DNA from: Chrysemys picta bellii | Taxonomy: Eukaryota | Direction: 5' to 3' | Assembly (NCBI RefSeq): GCF_011386835.1 | Contig: NC_088791.1 | Coordinates: forward strand, 100,192,001 to 100,256,000 | DNA: 64,000 bases | Shown: positions 47,801 to 59,619 of the stretch, piece by piece | How the letters are laid out: every line of letters begins with the position of its first letter | Position numbering within the stretch: the first letter of the stretch is position 1 | Made by a program: the position numbers and the translations under genes | The notes under the pieces: model-generated | What the model was told of the DNA's origin: nothing | Seen by the model: only the letters and a program-made list of their open reading frames with translations | The model's database searches: none

Positions 47801-50800
47801 ACTAAGGTAGAAATAGTGAGATTATACCATATATGCATATTTAGATTTTGCAGTACAACGACATGAATATCTTATTAACACAGGATTTAACTGTTTTAAT
47901 TTTGAACTTTCAAGTTGTCTACAATATTTAACAATTCGTTTGGGGAATAAAGTTACTACTTTATTGACCAGATTGCTCAACTTTCCAGGGCACATACAGA
48001 GCAGAATATCATGGATCTTGTGCATCAGTCCAAATGGTTCACTAAGGGAGTCATGTCATGGCTTTTATTTTACCTTTTTGAAAAACTAAAATAGGGCGAG
48101 TCCAACAGATGCTTCATAGCAAAATTCTATTGTTTTAAACACACACCAAAAAATGAAATACTCAGGATGCTCCACGTCAATATTAGTTCCTGTGAAGTAC
48201 TGTACCTTACCTTCTCCCCTCTTGGAGCAAAGGGGCAGGGTCCAAAAGAAGATTGCGGGGGGGGGGGGGGGGTGTCAGTGATGGCACAACTGTCAAAGCT
48301 GTGCTGCTGATAGGAGAAAGCAACCTCAGAAGCAGCTTTCTACCAAGTGTGTTATGTTGCCAAGAAGGCAGCCAAGGTGGATAGGCAGTGTAGGTAACAG
48401 CATGGAGGAGCTGGCCTTTTGCAGGGATGTTGCCAAGCTCCATGGGATTTCCCACCAATGTTGCGACGTCTTTGCTATATGATGGGTCATGGCCATGTCC
48501 CCTCCATGGATGAGTCAACCCTTCCACTTGCAGATTAACCTTATACTTCCACTTTTTTCAAATAGCCTTTTCCCTCTCTTGTCGTAAGGCTGCACTATTC
48601 TGATTCAACTCCAGTAAAGTCCCTTACAAACTACTAGTTTATGCCACGCTGACTCTCCCCATAGAGTTCTGTCAAAGAAAGAACTCCATATTTCCTCCTT
48701 TATCATCTCAATTACAAGTTGAAGATAATTTTGAAAGGTTATTAAAAAGGAATGATTATTTTAAAAAGATATACTAGCGTCCAATACTTTATACTAGCAA
48801 ATTGGTTTTGAATACAGAGATTAGAATGGTTATATGAAAAGTAGACGCCCTTTGCACACTAAGCAAATACAATCCAAGGCTGAGAAATCACTAATAATTT
48901 GTCTTCTGTGAAAAGAATAAAAATCCTGAAGATGTGTCTGATTGTGGTATAAAGTGACAACAGTGCCAGTTAACTCTGTGTCTTTGATTAGGGGACAAGG
49001 CACATGGATCAAATGCAGAAAAATACCTTCTCTGAAGCCATTCAATGAGATCACTGAATAGACAAATGAGTAATCTGTCTTATTGATTTTGACAGTATTC
49101 TTTTAAAAAGTGAGGTTAAGAAAGTAGTTTCAATATTAGAAGTCCATTTTTACACTACTTGGAAATATAACGCCAGAGGTTCAATCTTGCAAGCCCTCTA
49201 CATACTGAAATACTCCCTCTGACACCAGTGGGGGTTTGTAGCATTAGGCCCTAAAACACCAAATGTTTACAAAAAATTATGCGGAATTAATGCTTTGTGC
49301 TCCCTCTGCAGGATGAGTCAGTTAACTACATTAGAAATATTCTGAGAACTGTGCCCATTTTATGTGGTGAGTAAAAAAGGCTTAGTTAGCTTCAAGCTCC
49401 AACATAAATAGAGGGGGAAAACATCCATATCGGCAACCGCAACAGAGAAATTTGCAGATTCACAAGTAGCAAAAATAGGTTTAAAACTATTTAAAACTTA
49501 TTCTGTTAATTGATTTTCAAATGCTAACTGCTTCAGTGGTCGACTAAATTAACGTTAGATGTAGTCATGGTTATGTGCTTTTCAAGCTCACAAAGCAACT
49601 CAAACAGTGATCAACACAGTCCTTAGGAAAAGATGCACTTACTGTTACTTCTTGGTATCCTAACTGTCTCTAAATTTGTGACCTTTTTGCTGGCATGTTT
49701 TGAGTTAATCAACAGTGTGTCATGAATACCTACAAAGAAAAATTACATCAGTTATTTCACTATTTACCAATGTGATACTAGCTCCCTTATTTAGATATTT
49801 CACAAGATTTGCACCAGAAAACAGAGACAATTTAAGAAAGTTTTCATTAGTTGGAGAATTTAACTAGTCAACTCTTAATACAGCAAACGGGATGACCAAT
49901 TTCAAGGGAATTACTTATCACTAATTAAAATGAGACCTTTAAAAGTTTATTTTAGAATGATTTCTTTATCCTATCAGAAGTTTGAAAACATTCAGTACCC
50001 TTCTAGTTTTGTCCTTTCAAGGTCTGACATCACAGTACATCCTTAGTATTTTTCGCTTATTTACTTAGCATTACATCAGCAATACCAGGTATAGTTAACT
50101 TGTTCTCCTTTGGAACATATGTAGGGATTAACAGATAAGCCTTTGCATTAAAATAATATATATGCATAGTGCCTTGGGCTGAGAATCTCATCAGATCCCA
50201 CAAGCTAGGGAGGCTCAAACAGTGAGGCGTGGCCTGGCCCCTGCCTCCTATCCAGCCCCCAGAACCCCCACCCCCATCCAACCCCCCAGAACTCTCGCAT
50301 CCTATCCAAACACCCCTGTTCTCTGCCCCTGACCAACCCCACGGGACATTTGTCCCCTATCCAATCCCCCCTGTTTATCACCCCCAGGATCCCCACCCCC
50401 ACCCAACCCTCCCTGCTCATTACCTGTGGGGTGGGGGAAAGTGGGACTCAATGCTTTCCCTGTGCATTTCCCCTGCTCGTTTGGCTACTCTCCCTGGCAG
50501 TCGGGCAGGACTCACTCCCTATCTGGGCTTGACTGCTGGGGACAGGGGCCAAGCATGCTGGGGCTGGAGGGGGGGCCCTGGCTTGCTATGCCCCTGTCCC
50601 TGGCAGCAGGGCCCAGGCCCCTTGACTGCCTCCCCGGAACTCCCCCTGCTCCCCATCCCCTGACTGCTTCGCCCTGGAGCACCAGGTCTGGTGGCGCTAT
50701 AGCTATGCCGCCCGCAGGAGCTACAGACACACTGCCCAGGCGCTGGGGGAACTCTGACTGCGAGGGAGGGGGAGGAGCAGAAGGGAAGGGGTCAGGGGCT

Positions 50801-51884
50801 ACCCTCCACCCCGCTGCCACCGTGGGGGAGTTGGGCTGGCTCCTCTGCAAGCCTGCCCTGACACCGCTCCCTGGCAGGAGCTCAGGGGCCAGAGGGAAGG
50901 GTCCTGCGGGCCGGATGTGGCCCGCAGGCCGTAATATGCCCCCCTCTGGTCTAGATAATACTTTGTCCTGCCATGAGTGCAGGGGACTGGACTACATGAC
51001 CCCTCGAGGTCCCTTCCAGTTCTATGATTCTATGAAAACTGTTTCCCCCCAGCTCTTCTTCCCAATATGAAAACCTGAAAACTCTTGATTCCAATCAACA
51101 TTTCATTTAGGAAATACTGATGGTTTTAACACGTTCAAAACCGAACCATTTCAACACTGCCCAAAATTTTGTTTTCAGGGTTTTTTTTATATTTCCGGCC
51201 AAAACTATTCACCGAATTCGGTCAACATTTGTGACTAGTTTGGGTGCCCCCCCCCAAAAAAACAATACATTTGGCAGGAAATTTACTATTCGTCCCCCCT
51301 AGTCAGGACGGGTCAGTTCTGGGCTCAGCGGCTTCCCGGAGCCTCAGCGGACGCTGCTGAAAGGGCCAGCGCGAGCCTGTGCTTTGCCTTCTCCAGGCCA
51401 CGTGCAGGCAGCCTGGGGAGCTCAGAGCGTTTCATGGGGGGGGGGTCGAGCGGAAACCGAGACCTTCCGCCCCCCAACAAGCTGGGCCCCCGCCACCCTG
51501 CCCCTCCCACCCGAGGCCGCCTACCGGTCAACCTGAATCCGGGCGGTGCCGCGTGGTCGCGGCTTGCGCAACAGCTGCCGCGCGAGGCGGGCCCCCAACT
51601 GCCGCGCAGGCAGCGCGCGCTGCTCTCGGGCCGCGTTACCCGCCCGCTCGTCGCCACCATCGCTGAAAAGTGGGGGCGACACCAGACCGCGCGCGCGAGC
51701 AAACCGCCTCCCGCCAGGCGCCACTTCCCAGCCCGCCCGCCCCGCTTCTTGCCCGCAGGCGGAGGCTCGCTCGCTCCCTCCCACACCAGCCCGGGGCGGC
51801 TCAGGACCGGCTACCTCCTCCGCTCCCCACGGACAGCAGCTCCCTGGAGGCAGCGGCGCCCGCGGCACTTTCCTTCAGCGCCAT
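41713..51884 (-). CDS. NOPCHAP1: NOPCHAP1 (C12orf45), NOP protein chaperone 1; spliced CDS, 159 aa
   Basis: complement(join(51884-51815,49729-49643,47801-47665,41898-41713)) = 480 nt with consistent phases. It translates [34 protein letters not shown]...[31 protein letters not shown]...FDIENL...IIEM-NVAVVE...[10 protein letters not shown]...[13 protein letters not shown], which parallels the recalled human C12orf45 motifs (SKELL, LLINS, LDQVQTFLPQMA, FNIENI, VTIDNIKLP, KGKIEVLDS). Confidence 0.88.
42449..44016 (+). mobile_element. Internally deleted hAT transposon with decayed transposase (ZBED1/Ac-like), NOPCHAP1 intron 3
   Basis: TIR TAGGGCTGTC / GACAGCCCTA; remnants ATALDPRFK and CPLEWW...[11 protein letters not shown] (hAT C-terminal dimerisation region) broken by stops and frameshifts. 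Confidence 0.85.
44288..46010 (+). mobile_element. CR1 LINE 3' portion, interrupted by a hAT MITE
   Basis: [20 protein letters not shown] motif, decayed ORF2 end, CR1 tail gactagatgatc...ccttaaactctatga. Confidence 0.85.
44769..45093. mobile_element. hAT (Charlie-type) MITE, same family as 61647-61982 in opposite orientation
   Basis: TIR CAGGGATTCTCAACC / GGTTGAGAACCGCTG, TSD CACTAGTG/CATTAGGG (6/8). Confidence 0.75.
46398..47225. mobile_element. Tc1/mariner-type MITE with a long internal palindrome and a nested hAT MITE
   Basis: TIR CCGTATATACTC / GAGTATATATGG, TA TSD. Confidence 0.7.
46529..46850. mobile_element. hAT MITE (palindromic) nested in the mariner MITE
   Basis: TIR CAGGGATTGGCAAC / GTTGCCGATCCTTG, TSD ATTGAATA/ATCTAATA (6/8). 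Confidence 0.7.
47665..47801 (-). CDS. NOPCHAP1: NOPCHAP1 exon 3
   Basis: ccttag acceptor, gtaaat donor, 137 nt, [12 protein letters not shown]. Confidence 0.9.
49643..49729 (-). CDS. NOPCHAP1: NOPCHAP1 exon 2
   Basis: tttgtag acceptor, gtaagt donor, 87 nt, [29 protein letters not shown]. Confidence 0.88.
50225..50948. mobile_element. GC-rich hAT MITE fragment
   Basis: right terminus ggccggatgtggcccgc...tatgcccccctctg followed by GTCTAGA; interior resembles 33165-33990; left end approximate. Confidence 0.55.
50949..51035 (+). mobile_element. CR1/SINE 3' tail
   Basis: ggactggactacatgacccctcgaggtcccttccagttctatgattctatga. Confidence 0.75.
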
Positions 51885-52200
51885 CGGGGTCTCGGGCCTA
51901 CGCGCGCCGCTTTCTTCCATATGCGCGGGGGCGGGGGGTGTCGGGGATCCGGATGCCGACGGGGCTCCGCTCTAGACACAGACTAGCTGCCTCGGGCTGC
52001 GCCACAGCGCCTCCTGGAGCCCGGAGGAGGCGGCGCAGCTCGGGGCGAGGCAGCCCCCAGCGCTCGCGAGTCTCTCGCTGCCAAGGCGCGGCCAAGCGTC
52101 CCTTGACGTCAGTGGGAGACTCAGCCCTGGGAGGGATTGTCCGGGTGTGGCTACACGGCAAGGGAGCAGCCGGGCTACCCCTCTGATCATTGCAGTGTAG
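51320..52200 (-). promoter_or_regulatory. CpG island / NOPCHAP1 promoter
   Basis: Very GC- and CpG-rich stretch around the start codon. GC box GGGGCGGGG near 51927, perfect CRE TGACGTCA at 52104-52111, CTCGCGAG palindrome at 52063-52070. Confidence 0.8.
51815..51884 (-). CDS. NOPCHAP1: NOPCHAP1 exon 1, coding part
   Basis: ccccgATGG start, [11 protein letters not shown] motif, phase-1 donor GAG|gtagcc matching the phase of exon 2. Confidence 0.72.
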
Positions 52201-52594
52201 ACATTCAGGCTGGGGCTGGAGCCCCAGCTCTAGGACCCGGCCACAGGGGGAAGGGCCAGAGCCTGAGAGGCCCCAGCATGTGCACCCCTGTTTTACAACC
52301 CGGCAGCCCGGGGCCTGCCAAGGCTATTTCATTGCACACCCTTAGGCTCAGCCCGTGCAGCCAGGCTTTTCATAGGGCGTGGTCTGGTGAGGAACGGATA
52401 CATGTGCCTCATAGAGGCGCCACCCCGAGAAACTGCTATGGGCCATCACATAGCCTGGCCAAACAGGCTGCAGAGGTGGTAGTAGGCTACAGGCACAGAT
52501 GCCTGATTATAAATCTATTGAAACCAGTTGGCAAAGTCCTAAAATGAGGGGCGGGACTAATCAATGAAATGTCCTGATTGGACAATGATAAACC

Positions 52595-52661
52595 AGGAAA
52601 GCTTATGCTCCCAATACTTCTGTTAGTCTCAAAGGTGCCACAGGACCCTCTGTTGCTTTTT
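52595..52661 (+). mobile_element. 5'-truncated Penelope-like insertion (67 bp)
   Basis: perfect 11-bp TSD AATGATAAACC; similar to 13596-13660. Confidence 0.75.
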
Positions 52662-52939
52662 AATGATAAACCTAACATTTCTGGGAGACGGTTAAGCCCT
52701 GACTGACCCCACTGTGGGGGGTTCTGCTGCCCATTAAATATATATGTTTTTTTAAGTTCCTGAAAACTCTTCTGAGACTGACACACAGAGAGTTTCTGAA
52801 ATCTCCCTGCTAAGTAAGGGCAGGCTCCGAGATGGCGTTTAGGAAAACTGAGAGCGCGCAGAGATATGGGGGAGGGTAAAGCAACCTGTGCTATATTTAC
52901 TAATATTATAATTTCAATCTGTCTGTATAATCTGATAAT

Positions 52940-54480
52940 TAGGACCCTACCAAATTCACAGTCCATTTTGGTCATTTTTACAGTCAAACAATTTTAAAAA
53001 TAGTAAATTTCAGATAATTAAAAATGAAAATTCACAGTGTTGTAACTAGAGCCCTGCAAATCCGTGTGTATCCGCTTTATAGTCGTGGACCATTTCTGCG
53101 GATAGTAGCACAGATGCAGATACAAATTTTGTATCCCTGTAGTGCTCTGATGGTAAGAACCCAGTGCGTAGGTGTGAAGAACTGGTGCGGATCCTCCACC
53201 TGCCCTGGGTGAGGGACCTGGGGGGCAGGGACGTGGGCCTGGGGCTGCTTGGGCCCCAGGGCCAGGGGTAGGTGGAGGATCTGCTGCTGTTCCCCACAGC
53301 CACCCGCCCATCTCTTATCGTGGCCGGGCTGCAGCTCCGAGCCGCCTCGAGCCGGGTCGGGGAGAGCTGCGCTGGCAGCTGTGGGGAGCCTGGGTCCCTC
53401 CACCTGCCCTGGGTGGAGGGGCTGTGGGGCAGGGATACTTGGCGGGGAGGCTGGGGGGCAGGAACACTGGGCAGGGGCTGCTCGGGCTCCCTGCCCAGGG
53501 CAGGTGGAGGGTCTGCTGCGGCTCCGCACAGCTGCCCGCTTCGCTCTTATCATGACAGGGCTGCAGCTCCGAGCTGCCCTTCGCCCCGCCCCCCCCCTCT
53601 GCTGGAGCTGGGTTGGGGAAAGCCGCGCTGGCAGCTGTGGTGAGCCTGGGTCCCTGGGTGGGGGGTTGGAGAGCAAGGACACTGGGTGGGGCAGGCTGGG
53701 GGAACAGGGACACTGAGCGGGGAGGCTGGGGGGCAGAGGCAGGGGGCGGGGGAGCAGGGATACGAGCTGGGGGCTGCTCGGGCTTCCCACCCGGGACAGG
53801 TAGAGGGGCTGTCGTGGCTCCCCACTGCTACCAGTGTTGCTCTCCCTAACCTGACTCTGGCCGGGGAGGGGAGTGGCTCGGAGTCACAGCCCGGCAAGGG
53901 TAAAAACCGGGCAGGCAGCTGTGGGGAGCCATGGCGGACCCTCCACCTGCCTGCTGCGCAGGGTGGGACTGAGAGCAGCCCCCGGCCGTGTCCCCATCCC
54001 CCAGGCTCCACTCCTGGCTGAGGGCAAGTGGAGGGTGCACAACTCTGTGTATCTGTTCAGGGCTCTAGTTGCAACTTTAGGGGTTCTGACCCAAAAGGAG
54101 GGTGTGGGGGGGTGTCACAGGGTTATTGTAGGGGGGTCGCGGTACTGCTACCCTTACTTCTGCACTGCTGCCTTCAGAGCTGGGCCTTTGGCCACCCGCC
54201 GCCACTCTCATGCCACCCAGCTCTGAAGGCAGCAGCGCAGAAGTAAGGGGGCATGGTTAGGTATTGCCACCCTTACTTCTGCACTGCTGCTGGCGGGGTG
54301 CTGCCTTTAGAGCTTTGCACTGGCCGGCAGCCGCCGTTCTCCAGGCACCCAACTCTGAAGGCAGCATGGAAGTTAGGGTGGCAATATCGCGACCCCCCCC
54401 CCAAAACCCCTTTTTGGGTCAGGACTCGCAGTTTGAGGAACGCTGGTCTCCCCCGTGAAATCTGTTTAGTATAGGAGAGT
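52940..54480. mobile_element. hAT-type MITE host (left terminus TAGGACCCTACCAAATTCAC) carrying a nested element
   Basis: left TIR-like end and internal duplicated ccttacttctgcactgctg units; right end not found. Confidence 0.45.
53047..54067. mobile_element. GC-rich hAT MITE with degenerate internal repeats
   Basis: TIR TAGAGCCCTG / CAGGGCTCTA, TSD GTTGTAAC/GTTGCAAC. Confidence 0.85.
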
Positions 54481-55414
54481 AAAAGTACTGATAATACTGA
54501 TAATACACTACAACTTGTGTGTGAAATGTTTCTATACCTCCCCATAATTAATCCATTTTTGTCAAATAATGTCATTCTTCTTCTTCATTATTTGGTTTAC
54601 AGGAGTCTCAGTCATGGCCCAGCACCCTGTTGTGCTAGGTGCTATACAAACAGAACCAAAATATTCCAGTCCTGCCTCAGAGAGTTTACACACTAAGTAT
54701 AAAACAAGAGACAACAGATGGATAAAGACAGACTACTGGGGGAACAGCAAGAACCAATGAGACGATATTGGTGAGTAAGACAGCCAATAGTCTCAGCACA
54801 CCAGCATCCTAACTGTTGTAAGTTTCTTGTAGGTTCAGTATTATGTAATTGTGGAATAAAGTACCACATAGCTTAGGCGCCACAAAGATTTATCTGCATA
54901 TGGATAAATCTCTGTGGAACCTAGGCTATGCAGGATCTCTGCAGGATCAAGGCATCCTTAACTCTTTCTCTTAGGGGAAAGAATTAAAGATGATAAAGAA
55001 GGGAATTGGAAGAGAGACAGAGAACAGAAATTTAGGCATCTCATTTAGGATTTTTCTGAGTTATAGCTGTATAAATCAGATATTGATGTATTTTAATATT
55101 ACTTGAATTTATTGCATTTAATGTTAATGTTATATTATATTAGGTCATAGTGTCTTGTATAAGCCTAAGATATCATAGTGATCTGGAGTTCAAATTTATC
55201 CAGGTACTGCTGAATGAAATACCTACTCCAAGGCCCAAATTAACCACTGTGCACTTGCACTGGGCCCCCATCTGAGAAGGCCCCTTGACTACCAGGAAAC
55301 CCCTCCCCACACACATACACAACATAAAATAATAATGATTTTAAAAACTCTCAAAACTTACATGCCACAGGCCAGAGTAGGGCATTGGAGGGGAAGGCCC
55401 CACCTGCATGCTAA

Positions 55415-55662
55415 GGCTATGTCGACACTGCACTTTCATCAGTAAAACTTTTGTCAGTTAGGGGTGTGAAAAAAACACAAAGTTTTACCCACAAAAAGCA
55501 CCGTTGTGGACAGCGCTATGTCGTTGGGAGACACTCTCCCGCCAACAAAGCTACTGCCGCTTGTTGGGGGTGGTTTTATTTTGTTGGCAGGAGAGCTCTC
55601 TCTTGCAGACAAAGAGCATGCCTTACAGCAGCACGGCTGGGGTGTGCAGTGTAGACGTAGCC
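55415..55662. mobile_element. PIF/Harbinger-type MITE
   Basis: TIR GGCTATGTCGACACTG / CAGTGTAGACGTAGCC, perfect TAA TSD. Confidence 0.85.
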
Positions 55663-57689
55663 TAAGGCAAGAGACAACAGGCTGGAGCAGCAAGCCAGCC
55701 CAGCCCTGCAGGACAGGAGTCGCTGTGGGGTGACCCTTGAGTGGCCTCCCTTACAACCCCATCCCCTGGAGCCTCTCACACCTCCTTGGGGGCAGGACCT
55801 TCCCCCCCCCAGACCTCCCACCCCAGGGAAGGTGGGAGGCCCCCAATTTCCATAGTGCACAGGCCCCAAAATTCTTTAATGTGACTCTGAAAATACAACT
55901 CCTGTAATTTTAGATTAACTCTGCTCGTATACAGTTTTAAAGAGATCAATCACTAATGCAGTCTGAATATTTCAAAGACACATGACTGGTAATCCAAACA
56001 TAATTAAGTATACAGAAAAAGAAAGGGGTTTTAATTCTTATGAGTCTCCTGGTATTCTAAGCAAGCAATTTTAAAGGGGTGTAATACAAAATGCCCTGAT
56101 GGAAGTTAGGTATTTCAATCAGCTATATTGTACCTCTAAGGAGTACTGCCTCAGAACTTTATAATAAACCATTGTTTTTTAAACAGTAATATATAAAAAT
56201 AGATTACAGTGAGTATATTTCTTTAGCTCACTGGGGAACGCAGCTGTTTTACTACTCCAAATACAGAGTTTCTACCAAGATTTCAGGAAAGAGTAGTGGC
56301 AAATCAACAAATGATCTCACTGTGCTTGTCAAAAGTGGAGGAAGGTTGAAAATCATAAATACAGTTTTCATAGTTTAATATAATACCAAACTAAGTAAAT
56401 AAAGATGAAACAGTATTTCAGGGAAAGGAATAAAAGGTAGAATAAGGTCATTACCGTTTCTTTTTTTGGATTGTACAGTACCCTTGGTCTGCAAGTGGTG
56501 ATCCCATCAATTAGAGTTGTACACACAAACTGAAAGTAACATATAGCCTTCTAGGCTCATGTAAATCAGTAGTTAAAAATATGAGGAAAGGGAAGGAAAA
56601 AGGCAACAAAAAGCAAAAAACTTTTGGTATGCATTTCTGTGATGTTTTGGAATGAAAAACTCATCATTTTTAGAAGAATTACAATATTAAACTGAGTAAG
56701 TGGCCGACTGTGCTGGAAAGTCAAGTCAAGCTACTATTTTTTGAAACCTTTCCCATGTTAATTGTCAAAATCTGGCAAGTGCATCTGAGATTAAATTTTG
56801 GCCCAAGGGAGCTAAATTTTCTCTTAGACAAGCAACTCACATGCTTGCCAACTTTAATTGACTGGCCAACCTGTTATACAGGATTTGCTCTGCAATTTTT
56901 ATTGCTGTCTAGCTATTACAATTTAGACCTTGAAAACTGTAAAGAGGGATTGGACAGTTCAAGGGATTGGCAATGGAATGTGGACATTTCACTTCTAGAT
57001 CACTCAGTCCAGTCCAGTTGTGACAAAATGTAGTTAATCCTCCAAATGCTGTATAGTAGTTTATGTGAAATGTGGTTTCTGTTCAATTTCTATTGGATTC
57101 ATGTTCAGATCTCTCTCTCACACACACACATTCTCTCTCTCTCTCAGTCCTTATCTTTTCTACTAACTTGGAGAATTGCCTTCTCCCTAAAAGTGGTCCC
57201 TCAAGATCAGGGACTGACCAAAGCAGGGGAAGCTTCCACTGCTGCTGCCACCCATGCTTGGCCTCTGTATATTCCACAGTTATGTAACCACTGAATTTGC
57301 TACAGAATTCACTCTTTTCCATACAGTTGTGCTCCAGAATCTCAATTTTCATTTACAAATATATTTAGCTATCTCTCACAACTGTGAAAATAACTTGGAT
57401 AGCATGGACCAGGTGTAAATCTTTCTGAATTTTGGAAACAGCCTAAACATTAGGTCTAAAAGGCGTATACTGTCCAATTAATCTCAATAGCATGTTCACT
57501 CTGAAAACTAATTATGGTGACATGAATGTCAACACTGTTAACTATTTCAATGCAAATGATTTTGGCCCTGATCCTGTGAAACACCTACCAACATACTTAA
57601 CTTTAAACTTTTATTCATATGCTCACAGTATTTAGCTCCAACTTATTGCAGACACTTGGTGTTTTGGGCACTCTGTATTATGTTTGTGG

Positions 57690-57865
57690 GGAGAGGGATA
57701 GTTCAGTGGTTTGAGCGTTGGCCTGCTAAACCCAGGGTTGTGCATTCAATCCTTGAGGGGGCCACTTAGGAATCTGGGGCAAAAATCAGTACTTGGTCCT
57801 GCTAGTGAAGGCAGGGGGCTGGACTTGATGACCTTTCGGGGTCCCTTCCAGTTCTATGAGATAGG
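57690..57865 (+). mobile_element. tRNA-derived SINE with CR1-derived 3' tail (tortoise PolIII/SINE type)
   Basis: A box TAGTTCAGTGG, decayed B box CATTCAATCC, CR1 tail gggtcccttccagttctatgag, near-TSD tatgtttgtgg/tatgttctgtgg. Confidence 0.8.
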
Positions 57866-59619
57866 TATGTTCTGTGGATTAGAGAGGCGAAAAACAGGTT
57901 CCAGAGCTGTCAATCTGACAGATTCCATCATCACTAAATTCATGTATAGATTTTTTTTTTTTAAAGTTTTTCCACTTCAGGTTTCTCCATTGCTATGAAG
58001 TACAGAGCATCAGCATAGGAAGTACTCTTTTAGAAAATAACAGCACATATTTTCAATGTTTTGTACAAATGTTAAACTAAGTGAATGTAAACATTCGTCA
58101 TTTTGAATTTAAAATATTTATGTTTATCAGGACAAAAGAAATTAGTTGAACTTCACCTCTCCCTATATCTACTTCAACAAAGAATCCACATATGTATCAT
58201 AGTTAGACTCTGAACCTGCATGTGCTTAATTTTACATGCATGAGTACATTGACTTCAATGGGGCTACTCAGAGTGTGTAAAGTTAATCCCATATGTAAAT
58301 CTTTACAGGATCAGGGCCTTAAATTATTAAAGCTTTCTGGGCATATCACAGAGTACTTGGGCAAGGACAATTAAAAAAACCAGCCAGTCTAAAGAGAAAA
58401 GTTTTCAAACAGCAATTTATGTTTTTTATTTAATTGAACCAATTAATGAAATCAGTTGACTTAATGAAATTATTTCAATCAAGCTAAAAGAAAGAAAGTG
58501 TTCAAGTGCATTCTGTATAAGAGTCTCAAATAAGTAAAAATTGTTGAGTCTTGTGTTTTGTTGCCAATAAAGCTTTTACAAGTGAAAGCAAAAGCATTGC
58601 CAGGAATACATTTGGTGCTTACTCTGCTTTCCATCCTTTTTTGATTTTCATACATTGCAAATCTATAGTGTTGTTGCTCAAAACAGAGAAGGCCACCCAC
58701 TCACTTTTAATCAATGAGAAACCAGCACTTGTGAAAGCAGTACTGGAAATGTGAAAACAGGAAGAGACCAGTGTGTCATTGGCAAGCCGAACTGTGGAGC
58801 AAGATTTAGCAAGTTCATCTCTAACGTCCCCTCAGAGCACACAGTACCTCATGAACTCACTCACTAGACCTGCACACAGTAAACAACTTGGAACTCAGTT
58901 TATCTATCTGGAAGGGATGAAGAATTGAACCAGAACTGCTGGGATTTGAAATTATGCTTCCTGGAGTCTAGGTAATTCAAACCAGAGACTTTCTGGAGGG
59001 ATTTTTTTTTTTAACTACAGTATTGAATAGCAAAGTGGATGGTAATTATGTGTTACTTCTGGACTGGGCTGGTTTAAATTATTTTCAGGATTGACTGGGC
59101 ATCTTTCATTGTGGCGTGGAGGCACAGCTGCACCAAATGGAAACTTTTTTTTTAAAAAAAGGCACCTAGCTAGAAAATGATTAGGTTTTTCTGAGGGGAT
59201 AATTGGGGTGGGGGATTTCTCTGCCCCTGTAGCGTTCCCTTTGCTGCTCTTCAGGGTGCTGGGGAAGGAAATTGTCATCATTCTGATCCTACGTGTGTGT
59301 TAGTTAAAGTGCCCCTTAACCTTCCTCCCAGCAGGATTTCTGGGTGTATGTGTGTGGGGGAATGGGATCACTGCCCTTCCTGTACAGCCCCTTGCCCCAC
59401 TGGGAGGCTCTCCCTAGCCCCACCCATCCCCTCTTTGTGTGTGTGTGGGAAGAGGGGGGTTCACTGCCCCCACCCCCTGTTTGTGGGGGGTGGGAGTATC
59501 ACACCCCATCCGCACCCCGTCCCCCTTGGGGCTGGGGGCATCAGTCATTAGTGTCCCCCCCATACGGCTGTGACCAAGTAATCGACCCTCTCAGTCTCCC
59601 TTTTATAGCCCCCTACGCC

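Noticed and set aside
51640-51868. Alternative NOPCHAP1 exon 1 reading ...[17 protein letters not shown]
   Set aside because: Starts at GTG with no in-frame ATG nearby and fits the SKELL motif worse than the ATG at 51884.
51434-52186. 250-aa ORF and other overlapping ORFs in the CpG island
   Set aside because: Typical CpG-island open frames; the real coding part is the 70-nt NOPCHAP1 exon 1 on the - strand.
53077-54021. 237-aa and neighbouring ORFs
   Set aside because: Contained in the 53047-54067 hAT MITE; repeat-derived.
57695-57768. tRNA-like sequence
   Set aside because: B box is mutated and it is fused to a CR1 tail with a TSD; it is a SINE head, not a tRNA gene.
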